Shown here piece by piece: positions 17,429 through 28,011 of a stretch of 64,000 nt of DNA. The stretch covers positions 192,001 to 256,000 of the forward strand of contig CAVXAT010000001.1 in NCBI GenBank assembly GCA_963759805.1, in the 5' to 3' direction. Every line of letters starts with the position of its first letter. Position 1 is the stretch's first letter. The notes under the pieces are model-generated. The model had not been told where the DNA came from. It made no database searches and saw only the letters and a program-made list of their open reading frames with translations. Source of the DNA: an uncultured bacterium (GTDB lineage Bacteria; Babelota; Babeliae; Babelales; RVW-14). The position numbers and the translations under genes were made by a program.

Positions 17429-17779
17429 TTATTTGTACAGATGAGAAATGTTCAAGGGGTAGGATTGTCCATTTCGTTCAATGGTTAAATTTTTAAACCC
17501 TAACCCCTTTAAGATTTTAAAAAAACTTTTCATGCTGAAGTCTTTTTTTGCTCCTGATCGCATAGCCTGAACGACCGTTGGTGATACATCTGCCATTTTT
17601 GCAAGTTCCCTCACCGAGATTTCATCTTGCTCCATAATGGCAAGCAGAAGCTCTGAAAGTAAAAGATCCTTGTATTCTTTTTCAAATTCACGTTTTTCTT
17701 TGGGCTTTAGTGAACTTACAAATTCTTCGTATGTCGATTGGACTTTTTTGGTGTGAATCGGATTATTTTTTTTCATCAT
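17429..17779 (-). CDS. XRE-family helix-turn-helix protein (orphan antitoxin-like)
   Basis: ISVRELAKMADVSPTVVQAMRSG HTH; GGGA RBS. Confidence 0.8.
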   Translation of the reverse strand: MMKKNNPIHTKKVQSTYEEFVSSLKPKEKREFEKEYKDLLLSELLLAIMEQDEISVRELAKMADVSPTVVQAMRSGAKKDFSMKSFFKILKGLGFKNLTIERNGQSYPLNISHLYK

Positions 17780-17863
17780 AATAAATTCCCTTTTTGTTTC
17801 TTTTTAAGTTTGATAAATTTAATATTAAATACCAAATTTTTTAATTGTTAATCAGGAGGAAAA

Positions 17864-18064
17864 ATGATTTCTAATTATAAGTACAAACCATTAGGCTATT
17901 TTTTACTAACCTTTATTGCAACCTATGCACTCTGGTTCATAGGAGCATATGTTAGTTTTCAAGCTGATAAAATAGGCTTGCAAATATTGTTTGTGCTGTC
18001 CGGTCTTAATGGTTCCGTTTATTATCTTACTTCAATTCTACTTGGCAACATTGAAGCGCAGTGA
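17864..18064 (+). pseudogene. N-terminal fragment of a membrane protein resembling CPBP/CAAX-Abi proteases
   Basis: AGGAGG RBS; KPLGYFLLTFIATYALWF N-terminus; ends at 66 aa with no EExxxR motif. Confidence 0.5.
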
Positions 18065-18120
18065 TGGTTGCCTTGAACATAGGCATAGGGTTTCTATATT
18101 TAAGTATTTTCTCGAAAATC

Positions 18121-19485
18121 TTACCCCAGAATCTTACTGCATATGACGCAGTAGATAAGTACGCCCAGAATGTCCATCAGCGTTGTCAAAAAAGGAGCGG
18201 CGGAATGGGCGGGATCGAAGTTAAATCGTTCAAGGACGAGTGGAATTAAGGTTCCTAGAGTTATTGATGTAACGATAATCAGGAATAGAGAGAGTGTAAT
18301 AGCAATTGTGCTTATGAGATCATGTGATGTATAAAAAACACGAGTAAATCCCACCAAGACTATTATTGAGGCAAGAATCAGAGATATCCCCATCTCTCGA
18401 ATTAGCATTTTGATACCATTTTGACGAGTGATTTCTTTTGTTGTTAATCCTCGAATTACAAGCGTTGCAGATTGGTTGCCTGCATTGCCACCCGTTCCAA
18501 TTAACATTGTTAAGAATAGAGTGATGATCGCATAACTACTGATCATTGAATTATACTGGAACAGAATCATGCTTGAAAAACTTTGTAACAAAAGAAGCCC
18601 AATCAACCATGGTATGCGCTGTTTTACAAGTTGCCAGGTAGGTGTAGCAAAGTAGCTGTGTTCCATTGGCGCCTGTCCGGACATTTTATAAACGTCTTCA
18701 CTTTCCTCTTCTGTCATAATCTCAAAAACTGCTTCTGCCGTTATAATTCCAAGGAAGTGTTTTTCTTTATCTATTACCGGTGCTGAGATCAGGTTATAGT
18801 GTTTCATCTGGTTGGCTACATCTTCCTGGTCTTCATCTACGTCAACCAAAAATTCAGCTTTGTCCATAATTTGGCTGAGCAGTGTTTCCGGTTTATTTAA
18901 AACAAGTTTATCGATTGTCAAAGAGCCTACGACTACATTGTTTTTATCAGTGATATAAAATACATTATCAACGGACTGTTTTGGGGTTAGTCGTTGCAGA
19001 ACTTCGATACTACGTTTTACCGTGAAATTTTCTTGTAAAGTTAAAACGTCTGTTTGCATACGAGCCCCGGCAGACTCGGGTGCAAAACTTCTTAAAGAGA
19101 TTAATTTATTGCGCTGTTTTACTTGCAATAATTTCAGATATTTTTCCAGCTCTTCATCAGATATGTGTTCAAAAAGATCTGTAAGTGCGCTTACAGGAAT
19201 TTCGGTTAGAATGTAAGCGATGTCATCATGATCAAGATTTGCAAGAATAAATGCCTGAATTGGTTCTTGGATTTTTTCAAAAACTTTGAAGGCAAGATCT
19301 TTGGGTAATTTTTTGAACAGCTCTATCTGTGATTGATTATCAATATTATTGATTATCAAAGCAATATCTGCGGGGTGTTGCTGCAAAAGAATCTGCCATA
19401 AATCCTTGCCAAGTATTGTATCTTCTTTGATAATGCTTGCGATATTATTCTCAATCTGTAGCAGAACTTTTTTCAACGTTAACAT
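18121..19485 (-). CDS. mgtE: magnesium transporter MgtE
   Basis: HPADIA, CBS pair, RIPWL, GTGGNAGNQ, DPAHSAAPFLTTLMD. Confidence 0.95.
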   Translation of the reverse strand: MLTLKKVLLQIENNIASIIKEDTILGKDLWQILLQQHPADIALIINNIDNQSQIELFKKLPKDLAFKVFEKIQEPIQAFILANLDHDDIAYILTEIPVSALTDLFEHISDEELEKYLKLLQVKQRNKLISLRSFAPESAGARMQTDVLTLQENFTVKRSIEVLQRLTPKQSVDNVFYITDKNNVVVGSLTIDKLVLNKPETLLSQIMDKAEFLVDVDEDQEDVANQMKHYNLISAPVIDKEKHFLGIITAEAVFEIMTEEESEDVYKMSGQAPMEHSYFATPTWQLVKQRIPWLIGLLLLQSFSSMILFQYNSMISSYAIITLFLTMLIGTGGNAGNQSATLVIRGLTTKEITRQNGIKMLIREMGISLILASIIVLVGFTRVFYTSHDLISTIAITLSLFLIIVTSITLGTLIPLVLERFNFDPAHSAAPFLTTLMDILGVLIYCVICSKILG

Positions 19486-19530
19486 GGGCGTCCCCTTTTC
19501 GAAAATTAAAGTTTAAAGGCAAATTCCTAT

Positions 19531-19558
19531 TTGACTTTATTTTACATGAAAATATAAT
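19531..19558 (+). promoter_or_regulatory. sigma70 promoter upstream of the pseudouridine synthase gene
   Basis: TTGACT-16 nt-TATAAT. Confidence 0.55.
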
Positions 19559-19697
19559 TAAAGAGAAATGGATCCTTAATGATACTAGTAATTTGTAGTA
19601 AATCCAATGTTTAATCGTATTTTGTTTTATAAAAAAATTAATCTTTACCGGTCATGACCAATTTTGTTATGATTCGTGGGGGTTTTGGGGTTAGATA

Positions 19698-20623
19698 TGT
19701 CAGCAACTATTTTAAATGTTACAAATATTCCTACAGAACTGGCCGGAAGCCGGCTGGATAGGGTTTTATTTTTACAACTTCCCGGCTACTCAAGGACATA
19801 TTTTCAAGACCTGATTGATCGAGGGTTGGTCCTTGTAAATGGAAAAAAGGTAACAAAGAGCAGTTATGCCGTTCAGGCAACCGATCAAATTTCAGTAACT
19901 ATTCCACCGGCAAAGCAGTACGATTTAACGCCGGTGCCTGTTGCTTTTGATGTTGTTGATGAAAATGCCGATTTTCTTGTGATCAATAAGCCCGCAGGTT
20001 TGGTAGTCCATCCTTCGGATAATAATAAAGAAGAGGTTTCACTAGTTCATGGGCTTCTTCACCGTTATCCTGATTTTTGTAACATCAAGGATGATCAGCG
20101 GCCTGGTGTAGTTCATCGCCTTGATCGCGATACATCCGGATTAATGCTTATTGCACGTACGGAGTACTCCACGCGCGATTTGATTTGCATGTTTGAAAAA
20201 CGTCAGATGCAAAAAACTTATCTGGCAGTTGTTGCTCGACATCCGCACAAATCCGGTACGATCGAATTTCCAATTGGTCGTCACCCTATTCATCGTCACA
20301 AAATGTCTCACATGGGTATTGCCAGTCGAGAAGCCACAAGTTTTTATGAAAATCTTGTTTACTACAAAGACAGTTCATTGGTCTCCGTTCGCATTGTTAC
20401 CGGCCGAACGCATCAGATTCGTGTTCACATGGCGGCCATAGGGCATGGTCTTGTGGGAGATTCGTTATATGGATACAAATCCAGACTTATATCTCGACAA
20501 GCGCTCCATTCCTGGAAGCTCTCTTTTGAGTACAAAGGCAAAAAGTTTAATTATCAGGTCCCGGTTCCTCAAGATATGAAGGATTTGTTGCAGAAGCTGA
20601 AAAATGGTGAAAACTTCAATTAA
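19698..20623 (+). CDS. rluD: RluA-family 23S rRNA pseudouridine synthase (RluD-like)
   Basis: S4 domain, NKPAGLVVHP, VHRLDRDTSG, TGRTHQIRVH, GDSLYG. Confidence 0.88.
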
Positions 20624-20832
20624 TAGCACTTTTGCGCGCTTTTTACTTATTTTATTTCCCCAAATTTTCTGAAAAACTCAAAATAATCACAAAAAGTGGG
20701 GTTTTTTGCCTTACTAGCGCTTAAAACTCTTGTTTTTGCTTGCCAAAATCAATTAGTCTTAGATTAAGAAAGATAGAAGAGTGCATAAACGAGTTTTTGC
20801 CTGTCATAACGTACTACTTGTGAGGTAATGAT

Positions 20833-21090
20833 ATGCTAAAAAATAAGATTACTAGATTAAGAAGATTTAAAAGGATTCTGTTTTTATTATGCTCTTTTAA
20901 TTCGAGTCTTTATGCGCCCTGCACAAATAATGGGATATTGGCACCCAGGGCGAATGCTGACTCTAAAGAACGCTTTTGTGAGTCTAGCCGTTTGCCTAAC
21001 GTCACATTACAAACTCGAATTGAAATTCGACCTGTTGGGCAAGGCAGTTTTGTGGATGTAGGTGAATTTGATGTTAACCGAAGGAGTTGA
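20833..21090 (+). CDS. small hypothetical protein with signal-like N-terminus, possibly a remnant
   Basis: GAGG RBS; basic then hydrophobic N-terminus; no recognisable domain. Confidence 0.4.
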   Translation: MLKNKITRLRRFKRILFLLCSFNSSLYAPCTNNGILAPRANADSKERFCESSRLPNVTLQTRIEIRPVGQGSFVDVGEFDVNRRS

Positions 21091-21098
21091 ACTTTCGT

Positions 21099-21126
21099 TT
21101 GACAATTGCGGGTATAGACTTATAAT
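21099..21126 (+). promoter_or_regulatory. consensus sigma70 promoter for tRNA-fMet
   Basis: TTGACA-16 nt-TATAAT. Confidence 0.8.
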
Positions 21127-21172
21127 TAAGCTACAAATTAAGATTTTCTAAGCGGATATTTTGAAATTATAA

Positions 21173-21249
<77 letters not shown>

Positions 21250-21255
21250 AATTTA

Positions 21256-21280
21256 CTCCCAGCAGTCGCTGGGGTTTTTA
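21256..21280 (+). terminator. rho-independent terminator after tRNA-fMet
   Basis: CCCCAGC-AGTC-GCTGGGG followed by TTTTT. Confidence 0.8.
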
Positions 21281-21350
21281 GTTTCTACAAATTTCGATAA
21301 TTCGGGAAAAGGGGTTGAATGGTGTCGGAAGCTTCTTCCAGTCAGAGATT

Positions 21351-21520
21351 TGTCATGCTGAATTTATTTCAGCATCCATGAATAAATTTATTCCAAATTT
21401 CTGCAATTGAGCAATAGGAGCCACTAATCCATGGATCCTGAAACAAGTTCAGGATGACACAGGGCTCTGGTGAAAACAATCTGACACTTCGGACAGTTAT
21501 GAAACAAGTTCAGGATGACA
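21351..21520. repeat. cluster of three family A palindromes, the last overlapping the truB stop
   Basis: 21351-21380, 21428-21459 (inverted relative to the first), 21500-21520. Confidence 0.8.
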
Positions 21521-22277
21521 AGTGGCTTTGATTAGAGCAATCTGTCGCATCGAAAGCTTTTCTAATATCTTCAACTGTCTTTAAATCACAAAGTTGCACA
21601 GCATCTTCAAGTTTGTATTCACCAATCTTTGTTCTCTCAAGCTCATAAGTCGTCGCATGCAATCCCAATTTTTGAGCGATATCATCTGCCAGTGATCTGA
21701 CATACGTTCCCTTTGATACGTGCGCTTTGAATGTGAAGAATGGCAATTCAATATTTAAAAGTTCAATTTTATAAATTTCAACCAAGCGGCTCTTCTTTTG
21801 AGTAATCTGTTCAAGCTTGTGAGTTTCCATTTTTTGTTTGCGTGCAAGTTCATGCAATGGAGTCCCCTGATGCTTTAGCGCAGAGTAGATTGGTGGAGTC
21901 TGAATGTAACTTGATCCCAACTCTTTGATTGCCTTTTCGATATCTTGTTTTGTAATATTTTGACTAATTTCTTGTGATTCGAGAATCTTCGATTCAATTA
22001 TTTTTCCTGTCAGATCAAGAGTATCTGTTAGTTCGCCGAGTTTGGCTTTTACAATATACTCTTTGTCTTGCGTCATTAGCTGATCGATTGATTTGGTTGC
22101 CTGCCGGCCGATGCAGATTAACATCAATCCTGATGCGAACGGATCAAGTGTGCCAGCATGACCAATCTTAATTTTTTTAGCCTTTAAAATACGTTTAATA
22201 TGCCTGATGCAGTCGTATGAGGTTATGCCTGCCGGCTTGTTGATTTTTATGAGTCCTGAAAAATTGATCTCTCGCAT
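21510..22277 (-). CDS. truB: tRNA pseudouridine(55) synthase
   Basis: KIGHAGTLDPFASG, PPIYSALK, SKGTYVRSL. Confidence 0.95.
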   Translation of the reverse strand: MREINFSGLIKINKPAGITSYDCIRHIKRILKAKKIKIGHAGTLDPFASGLMLICIGRQATKSIDQLMTQDKEYIVKAKLGELTDTLDLTGKIIESKILESQEISQNITKQDIEKAIKELGSSYIQTPPIYSALKHQGTPLHELARKQKMETHKLEQITQKKSRLVEIYKIELLNIELPFFTFKAHVSKGTYVRSLADDIAQKLGLHATTYELERTKIGEYKLEDAVQLCDLKTVEDIRKAFDATDCSNQSHLSS

Positions 22278-22304
22278 GTTGTATATTTTTCCTGTTTTCT
22301 ATAA

Positions 22305-23174
22305 TTATTTTAGCTGTTCATGAATCTTGAGCAGCAGCTCTTTAAATGATTGAATGCTTTTAATAAAAGCCTCTTTTTCTTGCAACGCCGGTTTGATGTC
22401 AGTAATATCTTCAGCTGTTTGGGCTGCAAGAATTTCTTCGCTGGCGGTTTCTTCTGCTAGCACTGTGTTAGGTTTCTCGGCTATGTTTTCGCTTTGCAGA
22501 TCTTCATGCGCGCCTTGGAACGTTGTTTCGGCGTTATCTGCTCGTCCCTTTGCGATAAATGCTTGTGCCAGCTCTTCAGCTACAAGCTCTTCGGCTGTCA
22601 TTTCTTGCGTTGGAAGTTCTTGAATGGCCATCTCTTGAATAGCCTGTTCAAGCGTGGCAATTTCAGCAATTTCTTGTTCCTGCGTGCAGATCATTTTGGC
22701 TGCTACTTGATCTGTTACTACTTGTGTTGTGGCTTCCTGTGATACTGTTTCTTGTATGGTGAGTTCTTGCATTGCAATCTCTTGTGACACAACTTCTTGC
22801 GACGCAGCTTCTCGTGCTTCAACTTCTTGACTTGACGGTTGCTGCGTTACTTGATCAGTAAATTCTTTACCCGTAAATTCTTTGTCATCAAATTCTTTCC
22901 CTGCTAATATCTCTTGCAGATGCTTTTTCGCTATAGATTGTGGTATTTTTTTTATAAGAACGAGATTTTTGATAGTTGCAAATACTTTGAAATCTTCCTG
23001 AGAGTATTTATTGTCCGGTCCGCTTTTTTTAAGATCAAACTGTTTTTCCCAGTTTTTAAGAACAAATTTTTTTACTCCCAACTCTTTGGCCAACTCATCT
23101 ACCCTAAAACTCTTTTTGGCCGGAACATTTTGCATATGCATTCCATTCTCCTTTTTAAACATATCATTACTCAA
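22305..23174 (-). CDS. MerR-like HTH protein with long acidic low-complexity region
   Basis: FRVDELAKELGVKKFVLKNWEKQF HTH; repeated QE-x-x-x pentamers. Confidence 0.7.
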   Translation of the reverse strand: MSNDMFKKENGMHMQNVPAKKSFRVDELAKELGVKKFVLKNWEKQFDLKKSGPDNKYSQEDFKVFATIKNLVLIKKIPQSIAKKHLQEILAGKEFDDKEFTGKEFTDQVTQQPSSQEVEAREAASQEVVSQEIAMQELTIQETVSQEATTQVVTDQVAAKMICTQEQEIAEIATLEQAIQEMAIQELPTQEMTAEELVAEELAQAFIAKGRADNAETTFQGAHEDLQSENIAEKPNTVLAEETASEEILAAQTAEDITDIKPALQEKEAFIKSIQSFKELLLKIHEQLK

Positions 23175-23749
23175 AAGTTATCAAAACTTGATTTTGTTGT
23201 ACCAAATTTCCTTCCATAATTGAAACATTTTTAATAAATCCATGCAACGTTGCGTGGATTTCGTTCTCCATCTTCATTGATTCTATAATTACCAGAAGCT
23301 GGTTTTTGCTGACCTTATCACCAGGCTTGACCAATATTTTTACAACCCGGCCCGCCAGCGGACTTCTCAGAGCCCGCTCAGCGATTGCGCTTTCTCTTGG
23401 TGCATCTTCACGATCAAGAATCATGGGATTAGGTAGTATTTTCTTTTCAACAGGTTCAACAAGAACTTGCGTGCAGTGATTTATGATATAAAGCAACAAT
23501 TTTTCGTTGCTGTTCCCGTTATTTAAAAATTGCCCTTGATCTTGCTGCCCTGAGTACTTGATTTTGACCGGATGATTATTAATCACAAGGTTTAAAATTT
23601 GTTTTGTGCCTCCATTCTCTTGCGATCCATGAGCCTCAAGTGATACCTCAAAAACTTTTTCATTAATTTTGAATTTAAAATAAGCGGGATGTTGTTCTAA
23701 AATTTCAACGGCTACAGTTTTGCCATCGATTACAAATTCTTTTATTGCC
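23167..23749 (-). CDS. biotin carboxyl carrier protein
   Basis: SPLAGRVV...IESMKMENEI biotinylation motif. Confidence 0.9.
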
Positions 23750-25328
23750 ATTGTTGATCTTTCCACCTGTTGTTTTTAGAATCAGCTTGATGTGTTTTTT
23801 GGGTTTTGTAAGTTTTGCTTGGTGTGTATGTGCTGTGTTGTTTTTTGAGCAGATTTAGAATTGTTGCAGCGATCGCGCCAATATCTTGATAGGGTAGTTC
23901 AAGTAATCTATTCTTCTGAAAAATTTGCTCAATAAACTCTTTTGTGAGAGTCTGGGTGTGAAAATTTCCAGCTACAAACTCTTGCGTGCAAAGAAGAGTT
24001 TGTAAAAACTCTATGTTTGTCGTAACGCCCTGAATGTGAAAATTTTTAAGAGCAGTTTGCATGTACGCCGTTGCTAGTTCGCGGTTTTGGCCGTACACCG
24101 TAATTTTTGCCTGCATCGGATCAAAGAAAGGCGATATTTCGCCACCGTGTGCAAGCGCATGATCAACGCGAATAAACGGCATATGTGGAATTTCAAGATA
24201 ATTTATTTTGCCGGTGCATGGGACAAAATTATTCTCCGGATCTTCAGAATAAATCCTGCATTCGATAGCGTGACCGTGTTGTGTGACATCTTCCTGCGTT
24301 AGTGTCATCTGACCAGTTTGTGCAATTTGCAGTTGCAGTGCAACAAGATCAACACCTGTGGTCATCTCTGTTACCGAGTGTTCGACTTGTAGGCGAGTGT
24401 TCATTTCAAGAAAATAAAAATCTTCCGGACATGCTAGATTTTGACTTGCCAAGTCTTGATTTGTAGTGTCTTGAGTGACCATAAACTCAATTGTCCCTAC
24501 GCTTTGATAGGTTACAGCTTTGGCTAAACTGATTGCTGCCTCGTACATTTTCTCAAGAGTTTGCTTGCTGACAAACCGACATGGCGATTCCTCTACAATT
24601 TTTTGGTAACGACGTTGTAAGGAGCAGTCTCGTTCAAAAAGATGAACAAATTTTTGACCATCTCCCGCAATCTGAATTTCAATATGCCTTGCGTTTTCAA
24701 GGTACCGTTCGAGTAAAATTGTTGTGGTTCCTGTAAGTTTTTGGGACTCAGATATGGTCATACTTAGGGCATTTTCAAAATCTGCTTGGTTGGTTACTCT
24801 TCTGGCCCCTTTGCCTCCCCCTCCAAGCGGATCTTTTAAAATAAGTGGGAATCCTACTTGTTTGGCAACATTTAGCGCGTCCTGAAAGCTTATCTGATTG
24901 ATATTTTCAAGCTTGGCGCCTGGGATGGTAGGGACTCCGGCCTCTTGCGCTATTTTTCTTGCCTGGTTTTTGTCACCCATTAACCGAATGGTTTCCGGGT
25001 TTGGCCCGATCCATGAAATCCCGGCATCAACAACTTTTTGTGCAAAATCGGCATTTTCGGAAAGAAAGCCGTACCCTGGGTGGATGGCATCGCAGCCTGA
25101 TTTTTGTGCAATTTCTATGATTTTATCCTGAGCCAGGTAGGCCTTATACCCCTCCAGATTGATAAAATATGCCTGGTCTGCCTGGTATACATGTGGGCTT
25201 GCGTGATCTTGAGGGGCGTAAATAGCAACCGTTTGTATGCCCAGCGACTTGCACGTTTGCTGGATTCGCAGGGCTATTTCACCGCGGTTTGCTATCAGGA
25301 TTTTTTTAAAAGTATGTTTTGTGGTCAT
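23742..25328 (-). CDS. biotin carboxylase subunit of an acyl-CoA carboxylase
   Basis: KILIANRGEIA, HPGYGFLSEN, GGGGKG, ERDCSLQRR, EMNTRLQVEH; ATG 25328 preferred. Confidence 0.93.
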   Translation of the reverse strand: MTTKHTFKKILIANRGEIALRIQQTCKSLGIQTVAIYAPQDHASPHVYQADQAYFINLEGYKAYLAQDKIIEIAQKSGCDAIHPGYGFLSENADFAQKVVDAGISWIGPNPETIRLMGDKNQARKIAQEAGVPTIPGAKLENINQISFQDALNVAKQVGFPLILKDPLGGGGKGARRVTNQADFENALSMTISESQKLTGTTTILLERYLENARHIEIQIAGDGQKFVHLFERDCSLQRRYQKIVEESPCRFVSKQTLEKMYEAAISLAKAVTYQSVGTIEFMVTQDTTNQDLASQNLACPEDFYFLEMNTRLQVEHSVTEMTTGVDLVALQLQIAQTGQMTLTQEDVTQHGHAIECRIYSEDPENNFVPCTGKINYLEIPHMPFIRVDHALAHGGEISPFFDPMQAKITVYGQNRELATAYMQTALKNFHIQGVTTNIEFLQTLLCTQEFVAGNFHTQTLTKEFIEQIFQKNRLLELPYQDIGAIAATILNLLKKQHSTYTPSKTYKTQKTHQADSKNNRWKDQQWQ

Positions 25329-25482
25329 CTTTGCTTCTTTATTGCAATTTGTTGCACTAAAATTATATGCTTTGTAGATATTAAAATATCGGATAAGCCG
25401 TGGTATTGTCAAACGCCGGGTTGAATTTACTTTGGGTTGTGTGGTAAACTAACCAATCAGTGTCACAAGGCTTAATTAGGGG

Positions 25483-25809
25483 ATGCTCATGATAAGTAGC
25501 GATTTGATTGAAAAAGTAAAAAATTTGTTAGTTAGGGCATACAATCCTTTGGAGATATATCTTTTTGGATCATATGCATGGGGACATCCATCGCGAGATA
25601 GCGACTTGGATTTGGTGATTGTTGTTGAAAAGTCTAATGAAAAAAATTATAAAAGGCCATTGATTGCATATGATGCTTTAGTTGATATAGACGTTCCAAC
25701 AGACATAATTGTTTATACCAAGGATGAGTTCGAAAATAAGTCCAGAAAAATAACAACTCTCTGCTATAAAATAAAAAATGAGGGGAAGCGAATTTATGCA
25801 AGAGCATGA
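25483..25809 (+). CDS. minimal nucleotidyltransferase (MNT) antitoxin
   Basis: LFGSYAWG...SDLDLVI motif; overlaps a HEPN gene. Confidence 0.88.
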   Translation: MLMISSDLIEKVKNLLVRAYNPLEIYLFGSYAWGHPSRDSDLDLVIVVEKSNEKNYKRPLIAYDALVDIDVPTDIIVYTKDEFENKSRKITTLCYKIKNEGKRIYARA

Positions 25810-26167
25810 GTCTTGGCTTAAAATAGCAGCAGAGGATTTAAGAAGTGCAAAGATTTTATTTGAAAATGATGCATTAAATAATTCAGCTTATTGTACTTAG
25901 CAATGTGCAGAAAAAGCGCTGAAGGCTTATCTCGTTAGTAAAAAACATAAGATTGAAAAAACACATGATTTAGTTTATTTATTAAAAGTTTGCTTTCATT
26001 ATGAGCCTACATTTTGGAGCTTGTTTCATGCTGCAAAGGCACTTAACCCATTTTCAACGGGATCCAGATACCCGGATGATTTCGAGGTTTTGGAACGTGA
26101 AGATATTTGTGCTTTGATAGAAAAAGCAGAGGAAATTTTCAATTTTGCCAAATCAAAAATTAAATAA
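25796..26167 (+). pseudogene. HEPN-domain protein with premature stop
   Basis: MQEHESWLKIAAEDL...YCT*QCAEKALKA...KTHDL...RYP; TAG at 25898-25900. Confidence 0.85.
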
Positions 26168-26188
26168 ATTTTTTAATGGGAGGGCTTT

Positions 26189-27538
26189 ATGGATTTTAAA
26201 AAAATGGATTTTGAGAAGATAAGAAGCGATTTTCCAATATTTTCAAAAATGAAGCAGCTTGGGCGTAAGTTTGTCTATCTGGACAGCGCTGCAACAACAC
26301 ATAAACCTCAAGTTGTCATCGATTCACTCATTGATTTTTACACTTTGCATAATGCCAACGTTCACAGAGGATTATATGAAACTGGTGAACAAGCGACATC
26401 TTTGTACGAGAGTGCTCGTGACAAGGTTGCCAAATTTATAAATGCCAAAAAATCTTCTGAGATAATTTTTACAAGTGGTACAACTGAAAGTATAAATTTT
26501 GTTGCACAAACTTGGGCAACAGCCAATCTAAAACCCGGTGACGAGATTTTGCTTACGCAGGCTGAGCACCATTCCAATCTACTTCCATGGCAGAGGATGG
26601 CCAAGCAGACCGGTGCAGTGCTTAAATTTATTCCCATAAATTCTAAAACTTTTAAAGTTGAGCGCTCTGGCGGAGAGTTTTATGTCCAAAAAAATTCTGG
26701 TTTTTGTCATCCTGAACTTGATTCAGGATCTAATCCAATAATTGCTCCTGAACATTGGGTCACTCCCAAAACCAAACTTGTTGCAGTAACTTACGTTTCT
26801 AATATTTTGGGCGACATCTGGGCAACCGGGCAGTTGGAAAATTTGATTGCTGAGGCAAAAAAGCGGGGCGCCAAAATTCTGATCGACGCAGCGCAGGCAG
26901 TTGCGCATCGTAAAGTTGACGTTCAATCTTTGGATTTAGATTTTATGGCATTCTCAGGTCACAAGATGTTTGCGCCAACCGGTATCGGGGTTCTTTATAT
27001 TAAAAGTGATTTGCAAGACCAAATTGAGCCGTATAAAGTTGGAGGCGGAATGGTGATGTCAGCCTCTTTTAACAATGCGAGTTGGCTGCAAGCTCCACAA
27101 AAATTCGAGGCCGGAACACCTGCCATTGCACAGGTAATTGGGCTAGGGGCTGCCGTTGATTACATATCACAAAACTTAAATTTTGATCAAGTTGCAAAGC
27201 ATGAAGCCATTTTGTATAACCAGTTACTTGCAGAGCTGCTCAAGATTAAAAAGATTAGAATTGCCGGCAATATTTCAGAACTTGAAAAACATGGTCATCT
27301 AAATGGTCAGTTAATATGTTTTGCCATTGATGGTGTGCATGCTCATGATATTGCCGGGTATATTGGTGAAAGAGGGGGGGCAGTGAGGGCAGGGCACCAC
27401 TGTGTGCAGCCGCTTGTGAACTATCTTGGTTTTGAATCGTTGGTAAGAGTAAGCTTTGGGGTTTATAATACGGCACAAGATGTTGATAGTTTTATTACAG
27501 AACTAAAAGAAGCTTTAAAGTTTTTTGGTGCGAGATAA
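26189..27538 (+). CDS. sufS: cysteine desulfurase SufS
   Basis: YLDSAAT, EHHSN, DAAQ, FSGHKM (PLP lysine), EAGTP, RAGHHC. Confidence 0.95.
   Translation: MDFKKMDFEKIRSDFPIFSKMKQLGRKFVYLDSAATTHKPQVVIDSLIDFYTLHNANVHRGLYETGEQATSLYESARDKVAKFINAKKSSEIIFTSGTTESINFVAQTWATANLKPGDEILLTQAEHHSNLLPWQRMAKQTGAVLKFIPINSKTFKVERSGGEFYVQKNSGFCHPELDSGSNPIIAPEHWVTPKTKLVAVTYVSNILGDIWATGQLENLIAEAKKRGAKILIDAAQAVAHRKVDVQSLDLDFMAFSGHKMFAPTGIGVLYIKSDLQDQIEPYKVGGGMVMSASFNNASWLQAPQKFEAGTPAIAQVIGLGAAVDYISQNLNFDQVAKHEAILYNQLLAELLKIKKIRIAGNISELEKHGHLNGQLICFAIDGVHAHDIAGYIGERGGAVRAGHHCVQPLVNYLGFESLVRVSFGVYNTAQDVDSFITELKEALKFFGAR
26705..26731. repeat. family A palindrome in frame inside sufS (CHPELDSGS)
   Basis: TGTCATCCTGAACTTGATTCAGGATC is the reverse complement of 16857-16882. 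Confidence 0.85.
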
Positions 27539-27553
27539 GAGGCGTGGTGTAAA

Positions 27554-27937
27554 ATGAGTTCCAAAAATTATCAAGAAGAGTTATTCGAACATTTCAAATA
27601 CCCTTGTAATAAAAAGTGCATAAATAATCCTGATTTTCAAGCTGGGCAAGATAATCCTTCATGTGGAGACAAAGTTACAATCGAAGGTAAAATTTCGGGC
27701 AACAAAGTTATCGAGATTGGTTTTAATGGAAGCGGATGCGTGATAAGCCAGGCTGCAACTTCAATGCTGACTGAGTTTTGCAAAAATAAAACAGTTGACG
27801 AAATTCTTGCGCTAACAAAAGATGATGTTTTAAATTTAGTCAAAATTGAACTCGGGCCCAATCGCTTGAAGTGTGCGCTGCTATGTTTGCATGTTCTGCA
27901 AGAGGCATTAGTAAAATTTAGATCTACCAAGAAATAG
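27554..27937 (+). CDS. sufU: SufU/IscU-type Fe-S scaffold or sulfur acceptor
   Basis: NPSCGD, GCVISQA, RLKCALL; adjacent to sufS. Confidence 0.9.
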   Translation: MSSKNYQEELFEHFKYPCNKKCINNPDFQAGQDNPSCGDKVTIEGKISGNKVIEIGFNGSGCVISQAATSMLTEFCKNKTVDEILALTKDDVLNLVKIELGPNRLKCALLCLHVLQEALVKFRSTKK

Positions 27938-28011
27938 GCAATAGAGGTTGCAAAAGGTTGCTTTTGGTGTTATTATGCTTGCATGTTTATATTTTGGAAA
28001 GGAATTTAAGT

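Noticed and set aside
25898..25900. Stop-codon reassignment or amber readthrough
   Set aside because: Single case; TAG terminates other genes and long ORFs contain no in-frame TAG
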